A stretch of DNA of 63,299 nucleotides, the filler included. It is 5 parts of 5 records of this genome, joined end to end, with 100 filler letters (N's around TTAATTAATTAA, not from the genome) between each part and the next. Parts side by side here need not be neighbours in the genome. Positions count along the whole stretch, not along the records: positions 11,814 to 30,270 come from DRR378314_1153; 4 more parts are not named here. One strand, 5' to 3'. The translations under genes and the position numbers were made by a program. Shown one piece after another: positions 17,106 to 27,634 of this stretch. Position 1 is the first letter of the stretch, and the number at the start of each line of letters is the position of its first letter. Under the pieces are notes generated by a model. That model was not told the DNA's origin and searched no databases. It saw nothing but the letters and a program-made list of their open reading frames with translations.

Positions 17106-18911
17106 ATGATATCACGTGACAAAATCCGCAATTTCTCGATCATCGCCCATATCGACCATGGCAAGTCGACGCTGGCCGACCGCCTCATCCAGCATTGCGG
17201 CGGCCTGACCGACCGTGAGATGAAGGAACAGGTGCTCGACTCGATGGACATCGAGAAAGAGCGCGGCATCACCATCAAGGCCCAGACCGTGCGCCTGACC
17301 TATACGGCGCAGGATGGCGAAACCTATGTGCTGAACCTGATGGACACGCCGGGGCATGTGGACTTTGCCTATGAGGTCAGCCGCTGTCTCGCCGCATGCG
17401 AAGGCTCGCTTCTGGTGGTTGATGCCAGCCAAGGCGTCGAGGCGCAGACACTGGCCAATGTCTATCAGGCGATCGACCAGGATCATGAGATCGTGCCCGT
17501 GCTCAACAAGGTGGATTTGCCCGCTGCGGACGTTGACCGCGTGAAAGCACAGATCGAGGATGTGATCGGGCTCGACGCGTCTGACGCGCTGGAGATTTCG
17601 GCCAAGACGGGTCTTGGCGTCCCCGATGTGCTGGAGGCCATCGTCCAGCGCCTGCCCGCCCCGCAAACGGGCGAGGCGAATGCCCCGCTGAAGGCCGCGC
17701 TGGTTGACGCGTATTACGACCCATATCTGGGCGTTGTCGTCATCGTGCGCGTGCATGATGGCGTGCTGAAGAAGAAGCAGAAGATCAAGATGATGCGCAC
17801 CGGCGCGACCTATGAGGTCGACAAGGTAGGCACGTTCAATCCGAAGATTACCGAAACCGACGCGCTGGGGCCCGGCGAAGTCGGCTTCCTCGTCGCCTCC
17901 ATCAAGGAAGTGAGCGACACGGCCATCGGTGATACGATTACGGAAGAAAAGCGCCCAACGGACAAGGCCCTGCCCGGCTATAAGGACGTGCAACCAGTCG
18001 TATTCTGTGGCCTGTTCCCGATGGACGCAAATGATTTTGATGAACTGCGCGCCGCGATGGGCAAGCTGCGCCTGAATGATGCGAGCTTCACGTGGGAGAT
18101 GGAAACCTCTGCCGCGCTGGGCATGGGCTTCCGCTGTGGCTTCCTCGGCCTATTGCACCTGGAGATCATTCAGGAACGCCTCAGCCGCGAATTCGACCTG
18201 GACCTGATCGCGACCGCGCCGAGCGTTGTCTATGAAATGACGATGACGGACGATACCGAGATCGAGCTGCACAATCCGGCCGACATGCCGGAAGTCACCA
18301 AGATCAAGGAAATCCGCGAGCCGTGGATCAATGCCACGATCTACACGCCAGACGAATATCTCGGCGGCATCCTGAAGCTCTGCCAGGACCGGCGCGGCAT
18401 CCAGACCGAGCTATCCTATGTCGGCGGGCGCGCCATGGTGAAATACGAGCTGCCGCTCAACGAAGTCGTGTTCGATTTCTATGACCGCCTCAAATCCATC
18501 AGCCGCGGCTATGCCAGCTTTGACTATGAGATTGTCGGCCACCGCGCAGAGAATCTCGTCAAGCTGCAGATCCTGGTGAATGACGAGCCGGTCGATGCGC
18601 TCGCCATGCTGGTGCACCGCGACCGCGCCGAAAGCCGGGGCCGCCAGATGTGTGAGCGGCTGAAAGACCTCATCCCCCGCCAGATGTTCAAGATCCCGAT
18701 TCAGGCAGCCATTGGCGGCAAGGTGATCGCACGCGAAACGCTCAGTGCCCTGCGCAAGGATGTGACGGCGAAATGCTATGGCGGCGACGCCAGCCGGAAG
18801 CGGAAACTGCTCGACAAGCAGGCCGCCGGCAAAAAGCGCATGCGCCAGTTCGGCAAGGTAGAAATTCCGCAGGAAGCCTTTGTGGCAGCACTGCGGATGG
18901 ATGGGGATTAA
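17106..18911 (+). CDS. lepA: Elongation factor 4
   Basis: [52 protein letters not shown]. Confidence 0.99.
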   Translation: MISRDKIRNFSIIAHIDHGKSTLADRLIQHCGGLTDREMKEQVLDSMDIEKERGITIKAQTVRLTYTAQDGETYVLNLMDTPGHVDFAYEVSRCLAACEGSLLVVDASQGVEAQTLANVYQAIDQDHEIVPVLNKVDLPAADVDRVKAQIEDVIGLDASDALEISAKTGLGVPDVLEAIVQRLPAPQTGEANAPLKAALVDAYYDPYLGVVVIVRVHDGVLKKKQKIKMMRTGATYEVDKVGTFNPKITETDALGPGEVGFLVASIKEVSDTAIGDTITEEKRPTDKALPGYKDVQPVVFCGLFPMDANDFDELRAAMGKLRLNDASFTWEMETSAALGMGFRCGFLGLLHLEIIQERLSREFDLDLIATAPSVVYEMTMTDDTEIELHNPADMPEVTKIKEIREPWINATIYTPDEYLGGILKLCQDRRGIQTELSYVGGRAMVKYELPLNEVVFDFYDRLKSISRGYASFDYEIVGHRAENLVKLQILVNDEPVDALAMLVHRDRAESRGRQMCERLKDLIPRQMFKIPIQAAIGGKVIARETLSALRKDVTAKCYGGDASRKRKLLDKQAAGKKRMRQFGKVEIPQEAFVAALRMDGD

Positions 18912-19342
18912 TCGTTCCGTCCGTTCAGGCCCGTTGATCTACCAGAGCCCACAGAAATCCGCCCCGTCATGGCGGCGCGGAGGATGCGGCGGAAGCTGGG
19001 GCATTCCATGTGGCTCGGCGCGCGGCACTTGGCGGCGTGGCGCAGGCCATCTCGCATGATCGTCAACTGACGGATTTTCTCGTCCAGCTCATCTGCCTTT
19101 GACACCAGCGCGGCGCGTTCGATGCGTGGCCCCTCTTCCGACATCATGGCGGCAATCTCTTCCAGCGTGAAACCGGCGGCACGGCCGAGGGAATTGAGGC
19201 CGAGCCGTTCCAGCACGTCAGGCTCGAACAGGCGGCGCAGGCCCCGCCTTCCGGCCGAGCGGATCAGGCCGCGCTCTTCATAATAGCGCAGGGTGGAGGC
19301 CGGGATGCCGGATTGCTTTGCGACGTCGGAAATTTCCAACAT
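18908..19342 (-). CDS. MerR family transcriptional regulator
   Basis: [34 protein letters not shown]-terminal C.APSHMECP. Confidence 0.92.
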   Translation of the reverse strand: MLEISDVAKQSGIPASTLRYYEERGLIRSAGRRGLRRLFEPDVLERLGLNSLGRAAGFTLEEIAAMMSEEGPRIERAALVSKADELDEKIRQLTIMRDGLRHAAKCRAPSHMECPSFRRILRAAMTGRISVGSGRSTGLNGRND

Positions 19343-19347
19343 AGGTC

Positions 19348-19378
19348 TTGACCTCAAGCTGACTTGAAGTGGCAGGAT
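19348..19378 (+). promoter_or_regulatory. MerR-type promoter with a 19-nt spacer and SoxR-box-like dyad
   Basis: -35 TTGACC (19348), dyad ACCTCAAG-ctga-CTTGAAGT (19351-19370), -10 CAGGAT (19373); spacer 19 nt. Confidence 0.8.
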
Positions 19379-19418
19379 GCCGTCATCAACGCAAGTAGGC
19401 AAGGAAAAGGCAGGCAGG

Positions 19419-20258
19419 ATGAGCATCGCAAACAAGGATCAGGAAGAGTTGTGGAACGGCCCGGGCGGCAAGGCATGGGTGCGGGCGCAGGCGTTGCTGG
19501 ATGCGGCCTTCACACCGTTTGAGCGGATACTGGTCGAGACCGCGACGGCAGCGGGGGCAGCCCGCGTGCTGGATATTGGCTGCGGCACTGGCGCGACGAC
19601 GCTGGCGATGAGCAGAGCCCTTGGCCCGGATGCAGAATGCCTCGGCCTCGACATTTCCGAGACGATGATCACGCATGCCCGCAAGCGCGCCGGTGAGGCC
19701 GGGTCAAACGCCGAATTCATTGTGGCCGACGCGCAAACGCATGTATTTGCCGCCAATCATTATGATCTGATCACCTCCCGCTTCGGCGTGATGTTTTTTG
19801 AAGATTCCGTCGCGGCCTTTCGCAATCTGAACCGCGCCGCTGCGCCGGGGGGCAGCATGGTGCTGCTCAGTTGGCGTGACCCGGCGGAGAACCCGTTCAT
19901 GACGGCCGCTGAAGCCGCCGCCCGCCCCTTGCTGCCGGACCTTCCAGTGCGCGAGCCGAATGCGCGGGGCCAGTTCGGCTTTGCCGATTCTGCGCGCGTG
20001 GAGCGCATTCTGTCCGAGGCCGGATGGCAGGATGCGACGACTGACAAGCTGGACGTGGAATGCCGGTTTCCGCTGTCGGCGATGGACCTCTATGTCTCGC
20101 TGATGGGCCCGGTCGGCTATGCGATGGCGCAAGGCGTGGATGAGGCGACCAAAGAAAAGGTAATCGAAGTGGTCCGAGCTGCCTTCATGGAATTTGCCGT
20201 GGGCGACGAAATCGTCTTCACGGCAGCCTGCTGGAAGACTGCCGCGAGGGCGACTTAG
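19419..20258 (+). CDS. Class I SAM-dependent methyltransferase
   Basis: VLDIGCGTG, GLDIS, DLITSRFGVMFF. Confidence 0.92.
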   Translation: MSIANKDQEELWNGPGGKAWVRAQALLDAAFTPFERILVETATAAGAARVLDIGCGTGATTLAMSRALGPDAECLGLDISETMITHARKRAGEAGSNAEFIVADAQTHVFAANHYDLITSRFGVMFFEDSVAAFRNLNRAAAPGGSMVLLSWRDPAENPFMTAAEAAARPLLPDLPVREPNARGQFGFADSARVERILSEAGWQDATTDKLDVECRFPLSAMDLYVSLMGPVGYAMAQGVDEATKEKVIEVVRAAFMEFAVGDEIVFTAACWKTAARAT

Positions 20259-20851
20259 GCATCGTCCGCACTCCATGCCCGATCCAGCTCGGCAATCTCT
20301 GCATTGAGCTGCTTCACCGCGCGATTGTTTAGCCAGACGACGCCAGCGAATACGCTGCCCATGATCGCCATGGAGATGGCGAAAATTGCCAGCCCTGCCA
20401 AAAAGGGCATCCCGGTGTCGGGCGAGAAGGTCGCACCGGCCACAAACAGGACGGCGCCGGGTACAAACGGGGCGAGGTACCAGCGCCAGACCGAGGCGAG
20501 CGCATCACGCTGGCGCATCAGTTCGCTTCGGTGATGGTCCAGCAGGCGCGCGGCATTATCCGCCTGCTGACCAGCCTGCCGCCCAGCGATCCTGTGCAGT
20601 TTCCAGCAAACATAGAGCGCCCCGAGAATGATCAGGATCGCGCCTGCCTTGACCGTGAACACCGGAATGAGCCACGCCATCCAGCCAAATACCCCGACCA
20701 CCAGAAGCGCGGCGAGATACTCTGTAATGTTCCGCTGGCGGATCCGGGCCTGGAATTTTCCGGCGCGCTTACGCAGCTGGCCTACGGATAGTGTAAATGG
20801 CTCGACGGGCTGAGCGGTCCACAGAGCGCGAATCTGGTCGAGATCAGTCAT
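20255..20851 (-). CDS. Membrane protein, putative anti-sigma partner of the upstream ECF factor
   Basis: Four hydrophobic segments, WRWYLAP motif; overlaps the 3' end of the ECF gene. Confidence 0.65.
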   Translation of the reverse strand: MTDLDQIRALWTAQPVEPFTLSVGQLRKRAGKFQARIRQRNITEYLAALLVVGVFGWMAWLIPVFTVKAGAILIILGALYVCWKLHRIAGRQAGQQADNAARLLDHHRSELMRQRDALASVWRWYLAPFVPGAVLFVAGATFSPDTGMPFLAGLAIFAISMAIMGSVFAGVVWLNNRAVKQLNAEIAELDRAWSADDA

Positions 20852-21365
20852 GACGGGACTCCTTGAATTCTGAACTGAGGCGGGTTTTGAGGCGGGAAAT
20901 GCGGGTGGCCACAGCGCCGGGCGTAAGGCCGGTAATGTCGGCAATGTACGCCGCGCTCACATCTTCCAGATAGAGCAACATCACCTGCCGGTCGGGAGGC
21001 CCCAACCCCCGTATCCAGTGGTGCAGACGGGCTAGTGCATCCGCCTGCTCCCGCTCGGCAGCGATACTGCGGCCATCCGGCATCTGGCCGACAACATCCA
21101 GGGGTACGGCGGCCTGTCGATGGCGGCGTTCGCGCCGGACATGGTCGGCCGCCACATTGTGCGTAACCCGATAGACCCAGGTGCCGAGGCTGCACCGGCC
21201 GTCGAACCGGGCAAGGCTTTGCCAGAGCGCGACATGCATATCCTGCAGCAAATCCGCTTGCCGGGCGGCATTGGCCTCTGTCGCGCATGCGAGCCGCTGC
21301 ATCGCAGGTCCGAACTCTTCGGCCGCTGTCCGGTAGCGATCTTCCTGATCTTTTGCGTGTGTCAT
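20844..21365 (-). CDS. ECF sigma-70 factor
   Basis: DLLQDMHVALWQSL, TWVYRVTHNVA (region 2); LLYLED...IADITGL....VATRISRLK (region 4). Confidence 0.9.
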   Translation of the reverse strand: MTHAKDQEDRYRTAAEEFGPAMQRLACATEANAARQADLLQDMHVALWQSLARFDGRCSLGTWVYRVTHNVAADHVRRERRHRQAAVPLDVVGQMPDGRSIAAEREQADALARLHHWIRGLGPPDRQVMLLYLEDVSAAYIADITGLTPGAVATRISRLKTRLSSEFKESRHD

Positions 21366-21508
21366 GTCTTCTTAGTCCACCGCGACCGGACTTTCTTACA
21401 CAAAATCTGCAAATCGGTCCGCCATGACGAAACAATGCCGCGAGGGCAGCCTAGGCCCACTCGCCTGACCGCGTTACCTTCCCTTCCAAAACAAGAGGGA
21501 GATACGCC

Positions 21509-22315
21509 GTGGCGGACACAGACACAAAACCAGCCGAAATTCTTTATGAGGTGGCCGACCATGTGGCGACCATCACGCTGAATGCGCCGGAGCGGATGAA
21601 CACGATTTCCGGCCCCATGCTGGACGAATTGTGCGAGGCGCTGCTGAAAGCGGACGCTGACAAAGATGTGCGCTGCGTGATCCTGACCGGTGCGGGCCGG
21701 GCCTTTTGTGCGGGGCTGAATCTGGAAAGCGCGACCAAGGGCGAAGGCATCGGGTCTGGCGCAGTTGCGAGTGCGACGCTGGACCTGCGCAATACACCGC
21801 CGACTGTATTGTTCAACATGGACACGCCCACCATCTGCGCCATCAATGGCGGCGCGGCTGGCTATGGCATGGACACTGCGCTCGGCTGTGACATCCGCAT
21901 CATGTCGGACAAGGCCAAGATGGCGGCGGCCTTCACCAAGCGCGGCATCCTGCCGGAATCGGGCGGCACTTGGTTCCTGCCCCGAATGCTGGGCTGGGAG
22001 AAAGCATGCGAGCTTATCTTTACCGGCCGCACGCTGAGCGCGGAGGACTGTCTGGCCGAACGCCTGTGCGCGAAAGTCGTGCCACACGACACCTTGATGG
22101 ATGAAGCCCGCGCAATGGCCAAGGAAATTGCCTCAAATGCGCCACTGGCCGTGCAGGCATCAAAGCGTTTGATGCGGATGGGACTATCAGAGCCGTTTAC
22201 GGAGCATGTTCATCATGTCTTCCTGCAATTGCTGCCCCTGCTGAAGACAGAAGACGCCCGCGAAGGCATGATGGCGTTCCTCGAAAAGCGACCGGCTGCA
22301 TTCAAGGGTCAATAG
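21509..22315 (+). CDS. Enoyl-CoA hydratase/isomerase (crotonase)
   Basis: ITLNAPERMN, LTGAGRAFCAG, AINGGAAGYG, GILPESGG, AFLEKRPAAFKG. Confidence 0.93.
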   Translation: MADTDTKPAEILYEVADHVATITLNAPERMNTISGPMLDELCEALLKADADKDVRCVILTGAGRAFCAGLNLESATKGEGIGSGAVASATLDLRNTPPTVLFNMDTPTICAINGGAAGYGMDTALGCDIRIMSDKAKMAAAFTKRGILPESGGTWFLPRMLGWEKACELIFTGRTLSAEDCLAERLCAKVVPHDTLMDEARAMAKEIASNAPLAVQASKRLMRMGLSEPFTEHVHHVFLQLLPLLKTEDAREGMMAFLEKRPAAFKGQ

Positions 22316-22340
22316 AGTAGAGCGCTCCGGCCTGCCTGGC

Positions 22341-22742
22341 TCAGGCCGGGGCGTGGCCCATACTGGCGATCTCTGATAGAATGTTCGTCCATGCGTTATC
22401 CATGGCGGGGGTCCACTCCCCTGCCAGCGTGTCCCGGCAGGTATCTCGGATAATGGTGAACATGTCGTCCAGCCTGGCCTCCGGCACCCCATAGCCCTGA
22501 TGTGAGAGGCGGGCGGACTGAAGCTCAAAGCGCGGCAACTGGCTACCTTCGGCAAGGCCAATGATGCATTCGAAACAGGTGGTCAGCATGGAGCCACGTA
22601 CGCCGCCATCACTGTCCATCGCGAACAAGTCTTCAAAATCCGGATGCTGCGCGAACAGGCGCTGGTAAATCAGCGGCGCGGGATCGGCGCACAACGCGCC
22701 GAAGCGTTCGAGGGAATGAATGATCTGGTCAGACGAGGTCAT
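22341..22742 (-). CDS. Single-domain globin
   Basis: IYQRLFAQHPDFEDLF (CD1 Phe), SHQGYGV (F8 His), EWTPAMDNAW. Confidence 0.85.
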   Translation of the reverse strand: MTSSDQIIHSLERFGALCADPAPLIYQRLFAQHPDFEDLFAMDSDGGVRGSMLTTCFECIIGLAEGSQLPRFELQSARLSHQGYGVPEARLDDMFTIIRDTCRDTLAGEWTPAMDNAWTNILSEIASMGHAPA

Positions 22743-22761
22743 GACCCACCCTACCGGCCCC

Positions 22762-23619
22762 TCACCCGCCGCGCAATCGCAAGACGAGACGACGCGTGGC
22801 GCGTTGGTTCATCTTTCGGTGACGGGCGATGCGTTTGGCAAGATTCTGACGCTCGTCGCGTGTCCGGCCAAGATCATAGAGCTGCGTCGCAAAGCCGAGC
22901 GCGGCCTGCTGGTCACGGCTGGGACGCCGCGCCGCGCCTTCCTCCTCGGCCCATCGCCCCGGATGAAAGCTGGCAGTCACCTTGGGCTGGTCATTGCCGA
23001 GATAGTAGAGAAAGGCGGCAGGCGCGGAGACATTGCGGATGATCGTATCCGGAATGAAGTGCAGCCAATCCTGATGCTGTTGCCAGCGCCAGGTATTGGG
23101 CGAGTTCTTCGTACGCACACGCAGGCCAATGATGCGCAGTCTTCGCTGAACGGCGGTCCAGTCCTGCCCTTCCTGTTCTGCCTGCATCTTCATCAGGCGG
23201 ATCAGGCCTTCCATCGTGCCCCCGGAGGCCACAAAATCGACCAGCGCAATCGGGCGTGGCCCCGTCGCAATGGCCTTTGGTCCGAGGCCTAAGGCAGTGA
23301 GATAGTCAAACAAGCCCTGTCGCGCAGACTCCGGCAATTGCTCGACCGAGCCCGCATTGCGGAGCGAGTATTGGACAAGATGAAGCTGAGGTGTGTCGCG
23401 CAGGCCCTCGAAACATCCGGACAGGTAATCATAGAGGTTTTCCGGCGTGCGCCCGATGAAGGCGAGGTCAGACCGGTTGGCATGGGCCAGAATGCGCGCA
23501 GCGGTCGCGCGAAGGGATTCAAGGAACATGTCGTTCAGCCGCTGCGGCGGCGAACACCCGGAAATCAGGCTGCCCAACTGCTCCCGACGGGCGATGTTCC
23601 ACCGAAACGGTGTCGCCAC
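22762..23619 (-). CDS. Uncharacterised protein with a PRTase-like loop
   Basis: GGAGG RBS before the GTG at 23619; FIGRTPENLYDYLSG and PIALVDFVASGGTM. Confidence 0.65.
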   Translation of the reverse strand: MATPFRWNIARREQLGSLISGCSPPQRLNDMFLESLRATAARILAHANRSDLAFIGRTPENLYDYLSGCFEGLRDTPQLHLVQYSLRNAGSVEQLPESARQGLFDYLTALGLGPKAIATGPRPIALVDFVASGGTMEGLIRLMKMQAEQEGQDWTAVQRRLRIIGLRVRTKNSPNTWRWQQHQDWLHFIPDTIIRNVSAPAAFLYYLGNDQPKVTASFHPGRWAEEEGAARRPSRDQQAALGFATQLYDLGRTRDERQNLAKRIARHRKMNQRATRRLVLRLRGG

Positions 23620-23703
23620 AATGCTTCCTCCCATTGTTTTTCCTGAATATAGCGCCTGCGGGCCGCGCTTTCCAAATGGGAATGAGGCGCTTACATGCCC
23701 TGC

Positions 23704-24804
23704 ATGAGCAAGACGCTGACAGTCCTGGGCATTGAAACCAGCTGCGACGAGACCGCCGCCGCCGTGCTGCGCCTGACGGATGGGCGGGCCGAGCTGTTGT
23801 CGGACGTGATCCGCACCCAGTTGGAAGAACACGCACCTTATCTCGGCGTGGTGCCGGAAATCGCTGCGCGAGCGCATGCCGAACTCGCGGACCTCACCGT
23901 GAAGGCCGCGATGCATGAATCAGGCGTTTCCTATTCAGAGCTGGATGGCGTGGCGGCCACATCGGGGCCCGGCCTGATCGGCGGGGTGCTCGTCGGCATG
24001 ATGACCGGCAAGGCGATTGCGCAGGCAGCCAGCAAGCCCTTTGTGGCGGTGAACCATCTGGAAGGTCATGCGCTGAGCCCGCGGCTCGGGAATGACTGCC
24101 CGTTCCCCTACCTGTTATTGCTCGTCTCAGGCGGGCATTGCCAATTTCTGGAAGTCCGGGGTCTTGGCCAGTATCGCAGGCTCGGCTCGACGATTGATGA
24201 CGCCGTTGGAGAAGCGTTCGACAAGACTGCCAAGACACTTGGCCTTGGCTTTCCGGGCGGCCCTGCCGTGGAGCGGCTGGCGGAAGGCGGGAATGCGGAG
24301 GCCTTTGACCTGCCCCGCCCCCTGCTCAACCGGTCGGGACTGGACATGAGCTTTGCAGGCTTGAAAACGGCTGTGGCCCGCGCAGCCGCAGACACGGACA
24401 TGTCCGAAACTGAGCTGAAGGATCTCTGCGCCAGCTTCCAAGGCGCCGTGACCGACATTCTCTCAACCAAGGCCGCATTGGCTCTGGCTGATTTTGATCC
24501 GGGTGAAGACGGACATAAACGTTTTGTCGTCGCCGGGGGTGTTGCGGCCAACAAAGCGATCCGGGCAGCATTGACCCGCGTGGCCGAGGAGGCTGGCGCG
24601 ACACTGATTGCGCCGCCGCTACGGCACTGTACGGACAATGCGGCAATGATCGCGCTGGCGGGTGCGGAGCGACTGGCTGCCGGACTGGTGGAAGGTGACG
24701 CCGGCGACCTTGCCACCGGGGCGAGACCGCGCTGGCCGCTGGACGAGGCCGCCGCGAAGGCCGCCCCCGTCTACGATACGGGCCGCCGAGGCGCTAAAGC
24801 CTAG
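23704..24804 (+). CDS. tsaD: tRNA N6-adenosine threonylcarbamoyltransferase
   Basis: [58 protein letters not shown]. Confidence 0.98.
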   Translation: MSKTLTVLGIETSCDETAAAVLRLTDGRAELLSDVIRTQLEEHAPYLGVVPEIAARAHAELADLTVKAAMHESGVSYSELDGVAATSGPGLIGGVLVGMMTGKAIAQAASKPFVAVNHLEGHALSPRLGNDCPFPYLLLLVSGGHCQFLEVRGLGQYRRLGSTIDDAVGEAFDKTAKTLGLGFPGGPAVERLAEGGNAEAFDLPRPLLNRSGLDMSFAGLKTAVARAAADTDMSETELKDLCASFQGAVTDILSTKAALALADFDPGEDGHKRFVVAGGVAANKAIRAALTRVAEEAGATLIAPPLRHCTDNAAMIALAGAERLAAGLVEGDAGDLATGARPRWPLDEAAAKAAPVYDTGRRGAKA

Positions 24805-24821
24805 AACGGCCCCATCAAAGT

Positions 24822-24935
24822 CTAAACGACGTACTCAGCCAGCGAATATGTTGCGGCGAGAATGGCAACCGCCATCGGAAGTGCCGCAAGAAGAGCGACC
24901 AGGGACTGGCGGGCTTCGGTCTTGGACAGGGTCAT
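24822..24935 (-). CDS. Putative 37-aa single-TM small protein
   Basis: Manual translation MTLSKTEARQSLVALLAALPMAVAILAATYSLAEYVV*; fills the gap between tsaD and the TetR gene. Confidence 0.4.
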   Translation of the reverse strand: MTLSKTEARQSLVALLAALPMAVAILAATYSLAEYVV

Positions 24936-25035
24936 TGTTCTAATCTTTCAGCATGAAACGACAGCGCCAATCGCTGCCGATGCCTGCCATATAGCAACGA
25001 CCTGAATAATAATCAATGAATGAAAACGAAAATGT

Positions 25036-25656
25036 TCAGAGTTTATCTATTTTGCGATCCGGGATTGTCGCACCAGGGGACAATCCAGCGAGAACAAGGT
25101 TCATCACACCGGCCTGCTCACGCTTCAGTTTCGGCAGCGTCAGGTGCGAGAACATTTGCGGGAACCGGAACTTCATCATCGCCGCCTGGATCATCTCGGC
25201 CGTCTCGTCCTTGTGCTCGATCTGCCGGAATTCTCCGGCATCCATACCGGCTTCGAGAATCTGGACGAGGTAGACGCGCTCCTGCGCCAGCTGCTCGTTG
25301 AAGAAGAGCGGGCGCTCGTCGCTCAGCGTCTCGGCCAGCTCGATCAACTTGTCCTTTTCCTCAAAGGCTTCAAAGGTGCGCACCATGCTGAATTCGAAAA
25401 ACCGGCGCAGGCGATCTGCGGCGGAATCAGACTGGCGACAGATTCCCGCATAGGTTTGGTACAGCTCGGAATTGAACTTGCGCGCGATCGCCTCGGCAAT
25501 GTCCAGCTTGGACGCGAAGAAGCGATAGATGTTGCCCGCGGACATGTTGCAGTCCTTGGCGATCTCGGACATCGTCGTCTTCGAGTAACCATAATGGACG
25601 ATGCGCTCCATCGCGGCATCCAGAATGAGCTGGCGGGTATCGGTTGTGTCGTTCAT
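25036..25656 (-). CDS. TetR/AcrR family regulator
   Basis: ILDAAME...YGYSKTTMSEIAK...MSAGNIYRFFASK. Confidence 0.93.
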   Translation of the reverse strand: MNDTTDTRQLILDAAMERIVHYGYSKTTMSEIAKDCNMSAGNIYRFFASKLDIAEAIARKFNSELYQTYAGICRQSDSAADRLRRFFEFSMVRTFEAFEEKDKLIELAETLSDERPLFFNEQLAQERVYLVQILEAGMDAGEFRQIEHKDETAEMIQAAMMKFRFPQMFSHLTLPKLKREQAGVMNLVLAGLSPGATIPDRKIDKL

Positions 25657-25792
25657 GCGGGCACCATACTCCGAGTTACTGAAGGATCAATGATTCATTC
25701 AGCCGATTTGTTCCTCAATTCCCCCCTATGGGCAGGACAAGGGCAATATGCCATACGGCTGAACACACATACTGCTGCCGGAGCCCAGATAG

Positions 25793-26089
25793 ATGCCGCT
25801 TTTTGCCTTCCACAATCTCGACAATGAAATCAATGGCGCAGAGCTGCGCGCTGCCAACCGCCCGGCCCACCTTGCCTGGGTGCAAACACTCGGCGACGCC
25901 GTGCGCATGGCCGGGCCCTTGATGTCGGAAGATGGCCAGATGATCGGCTCACTCTGCCTGATAGAGGTCGAGAGCCTGGCCGCCGCGAAGGCGCTCGGCG
26001 CCGAAGACCCCTATGCGAAGGCCGGCGTGTTCGGCCACACGCACGTGCATGAAGTCAAATGGCTGGTCGGAGAAGGAAAGCCTGCATGA
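25793..26089 (+). CDS. YciI family protein
   Basis: RAANRPAHLAW, AGPL, GSL, EDPYAKAG. Confidence 0.9.
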   Translation: MPLFAFHNLDNEINGAELRAANRPAHLAWVQTLGDAVRMAGPLMSEDGQMIGSLCLIEVESLAAAKALGAEDPYAKAGVFGHTHVHEVKWLVGEGKPA

Positions 26090-26766
26090 GACAGCTCATC
26101 CTCGGAAACCTGAACTATTCCAGCTGGTCGATTCGGCCGCTGCTAGCCGCGCGCCGTGTTGGCCTGCCCGTGGAAGAAGTGATCGTGCCACTCGATTTCC
26201 CGGACACATCCGCAAAGCTGAAAGAGATCAGCCCGACGGCGAAGGTTCCGCTGCTGATCTGGGATGATGTGACGGTGTGGGAAAGCCTGGCCATCACAGA
26301 ATGGATTGCAGACTGGGCCCCTGTCGGAGCGGTCTGGCCAGAGGACGCTGGCAAGCGCGCGATTGCCCGCGCAGTGACAAGCGAAATGCATGCAGGCTTC
26401 CCGGCACTGCGCAAGGCATGCCCGATGGACATCCGCAGCAGTTCCGAAACGCCTGAGATGACCGAGGCATTGGAGACCGACATCGCCCGCATCCAGACGA
26501 TGTGGGACGACATGCGCGCGCAGCACGGCGCAGGCGGCGACTTCCTGTTTGGCAAATGGAGCGCGGCAGACGCCTTCTATGCGCCGGTCGTGACGCGTTT
26601 CCGCACCTATGGCCTGCCCCTGACGGGCGCCGCTGCTGAATACTCGGCAGCCGTGCTGGAAGACCCGCTTTTCCTGGAACTGGAAAAGCAGGCTGAAGCC
26701 GAACCCTGGTGGATCAAATACACGCCCGACGGACGCTCAAGCGGTTATCTCAAGCCGGAAGGCTGA
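26086..26766 (+). CDS. Glutathione S-transferase
   Basis: GNLNYSSWSIRP, SPTAKVPLL, WESLAI, SEMHAGF, ADAFYAPVVTRF. Confidence 0.92.
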   Translation: MRQLILGNLNYSSWSIRPLLAARRVGLPVEEVIVPLDFPDTSAKLKEISPTAKVPLLIWDDVTVWESLAITEWIADWAPVGAVWPEDAGKRAIARAVTSEMHAGFPALRKACPMDIRSSSETPEMTEALETDIARIQTMWDDMRAQHGAGGDFLFGKWSAADAFYAPVVTRFRTYGLPLTGAAAEYSAAVLEDPLFLELEKQAEAEPWWIKYTPDGRSSGYLKPEG

Positions 26767-27574
26767 GCAGGTCATAGTCCAGATCGTGCCGGAACAGGGT
26801 TCGGACATGATCGGCATAAATGTCCATCGCCTCTCCGGTGAACAGTTCTGACAGCGGAGTCTTGCGATTCTGCAGCACGTTGGGTTCAGCGTCCGGATCG
26901 ACCTTATCGGCCATCGCTTCCTTTGTGCCTGCTGCGAGCGCCGTATCCAGCGCCATCGCCGTCAGGCCCAGCCCCCAATGGTCCGATACGGCCTGAAGGA
27001 TGGCGCGCGGGTCTTTCTGGGTCTGCTCGTACTGGACCAGGAAGATGCTGTCGCCATGCTTGGCCCGAATATCGCCCCAACGGTTCCAGAAGCGGGCAAG
27101 CCAGTAGAGATCGCAGCGATACTTCGACCCGCCGGGATCGCCTTTCAGATAGGTCAGCCAGTCAACCTTGATGTCATATTCCCATTTGGCGTGATGGCTG
27201 GCGAGAATGGACATGGGATGGCGCACCGCCAGCACGTAAGGCGGCAGGCTGGCCATGCTGCGCGCCCATCCCCATTCGGCCAGATGATGCGGGATCGTGT
27301 GGCTGAAGGCCAGTCGTGGAAGCTGTGGGAACGTCACATCATCCTTGGGCCAGCCAATATAAGGCCGCACGGCGTTCTCCGAGAAATAGGGCGGATGGGC
27401 GATGCCATACGTTTCCGCCAACGCCACCGCCAACATGTATTTCAGCCAATGGGTCCCGGAATTCTTTGACGTGACCAGCATGCCATCGAACCGGCCATGC
27501 CGCAGGACGGAGAAATTCGTCCAGGATTCGTTGAACACCTTGGCGCGATATTCACTGGGAAGAGACTCTGACAT
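26750..27574 (-). CDS. Sulfotransferase domain protein
   Basis: TSKNSGTHWL (5'-PSB loop), VRHPMSILAS (3'-PB), VQYE...DP. Confidence 0.75.
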   Translation of the reverse strand: MSESLPSEYRAKVFNESWTNFSVLRHGRFDGMLVTSKNSGTHWLKYMLAVALAETYGIAHPPYFSENAVRPYIGWPKDDVTFPQLPRLAFSHTIPHHLAEWGWARSMASLPPYVLAVRHPMSILASHHAKWEYDIKVDWLTYLKGDPGGSKYRCDLYWLARFWNRWGDIRAKHGDSIFLVQYEQTQKDPRAILQAVSDHWGLGLTAMALDTALAAGTKEAMADKVDPDAEPNVLQNRKTPLSELFTGEAMDIYADHVRTLFRHDLDYDLLSLPA

Positions 27575-27634
27575 GGACTGAATCCCTATTGCGCCGGGGC
27601 GAGGCGCGCAACCACTGTTAAGCGGCTGAGCGGG

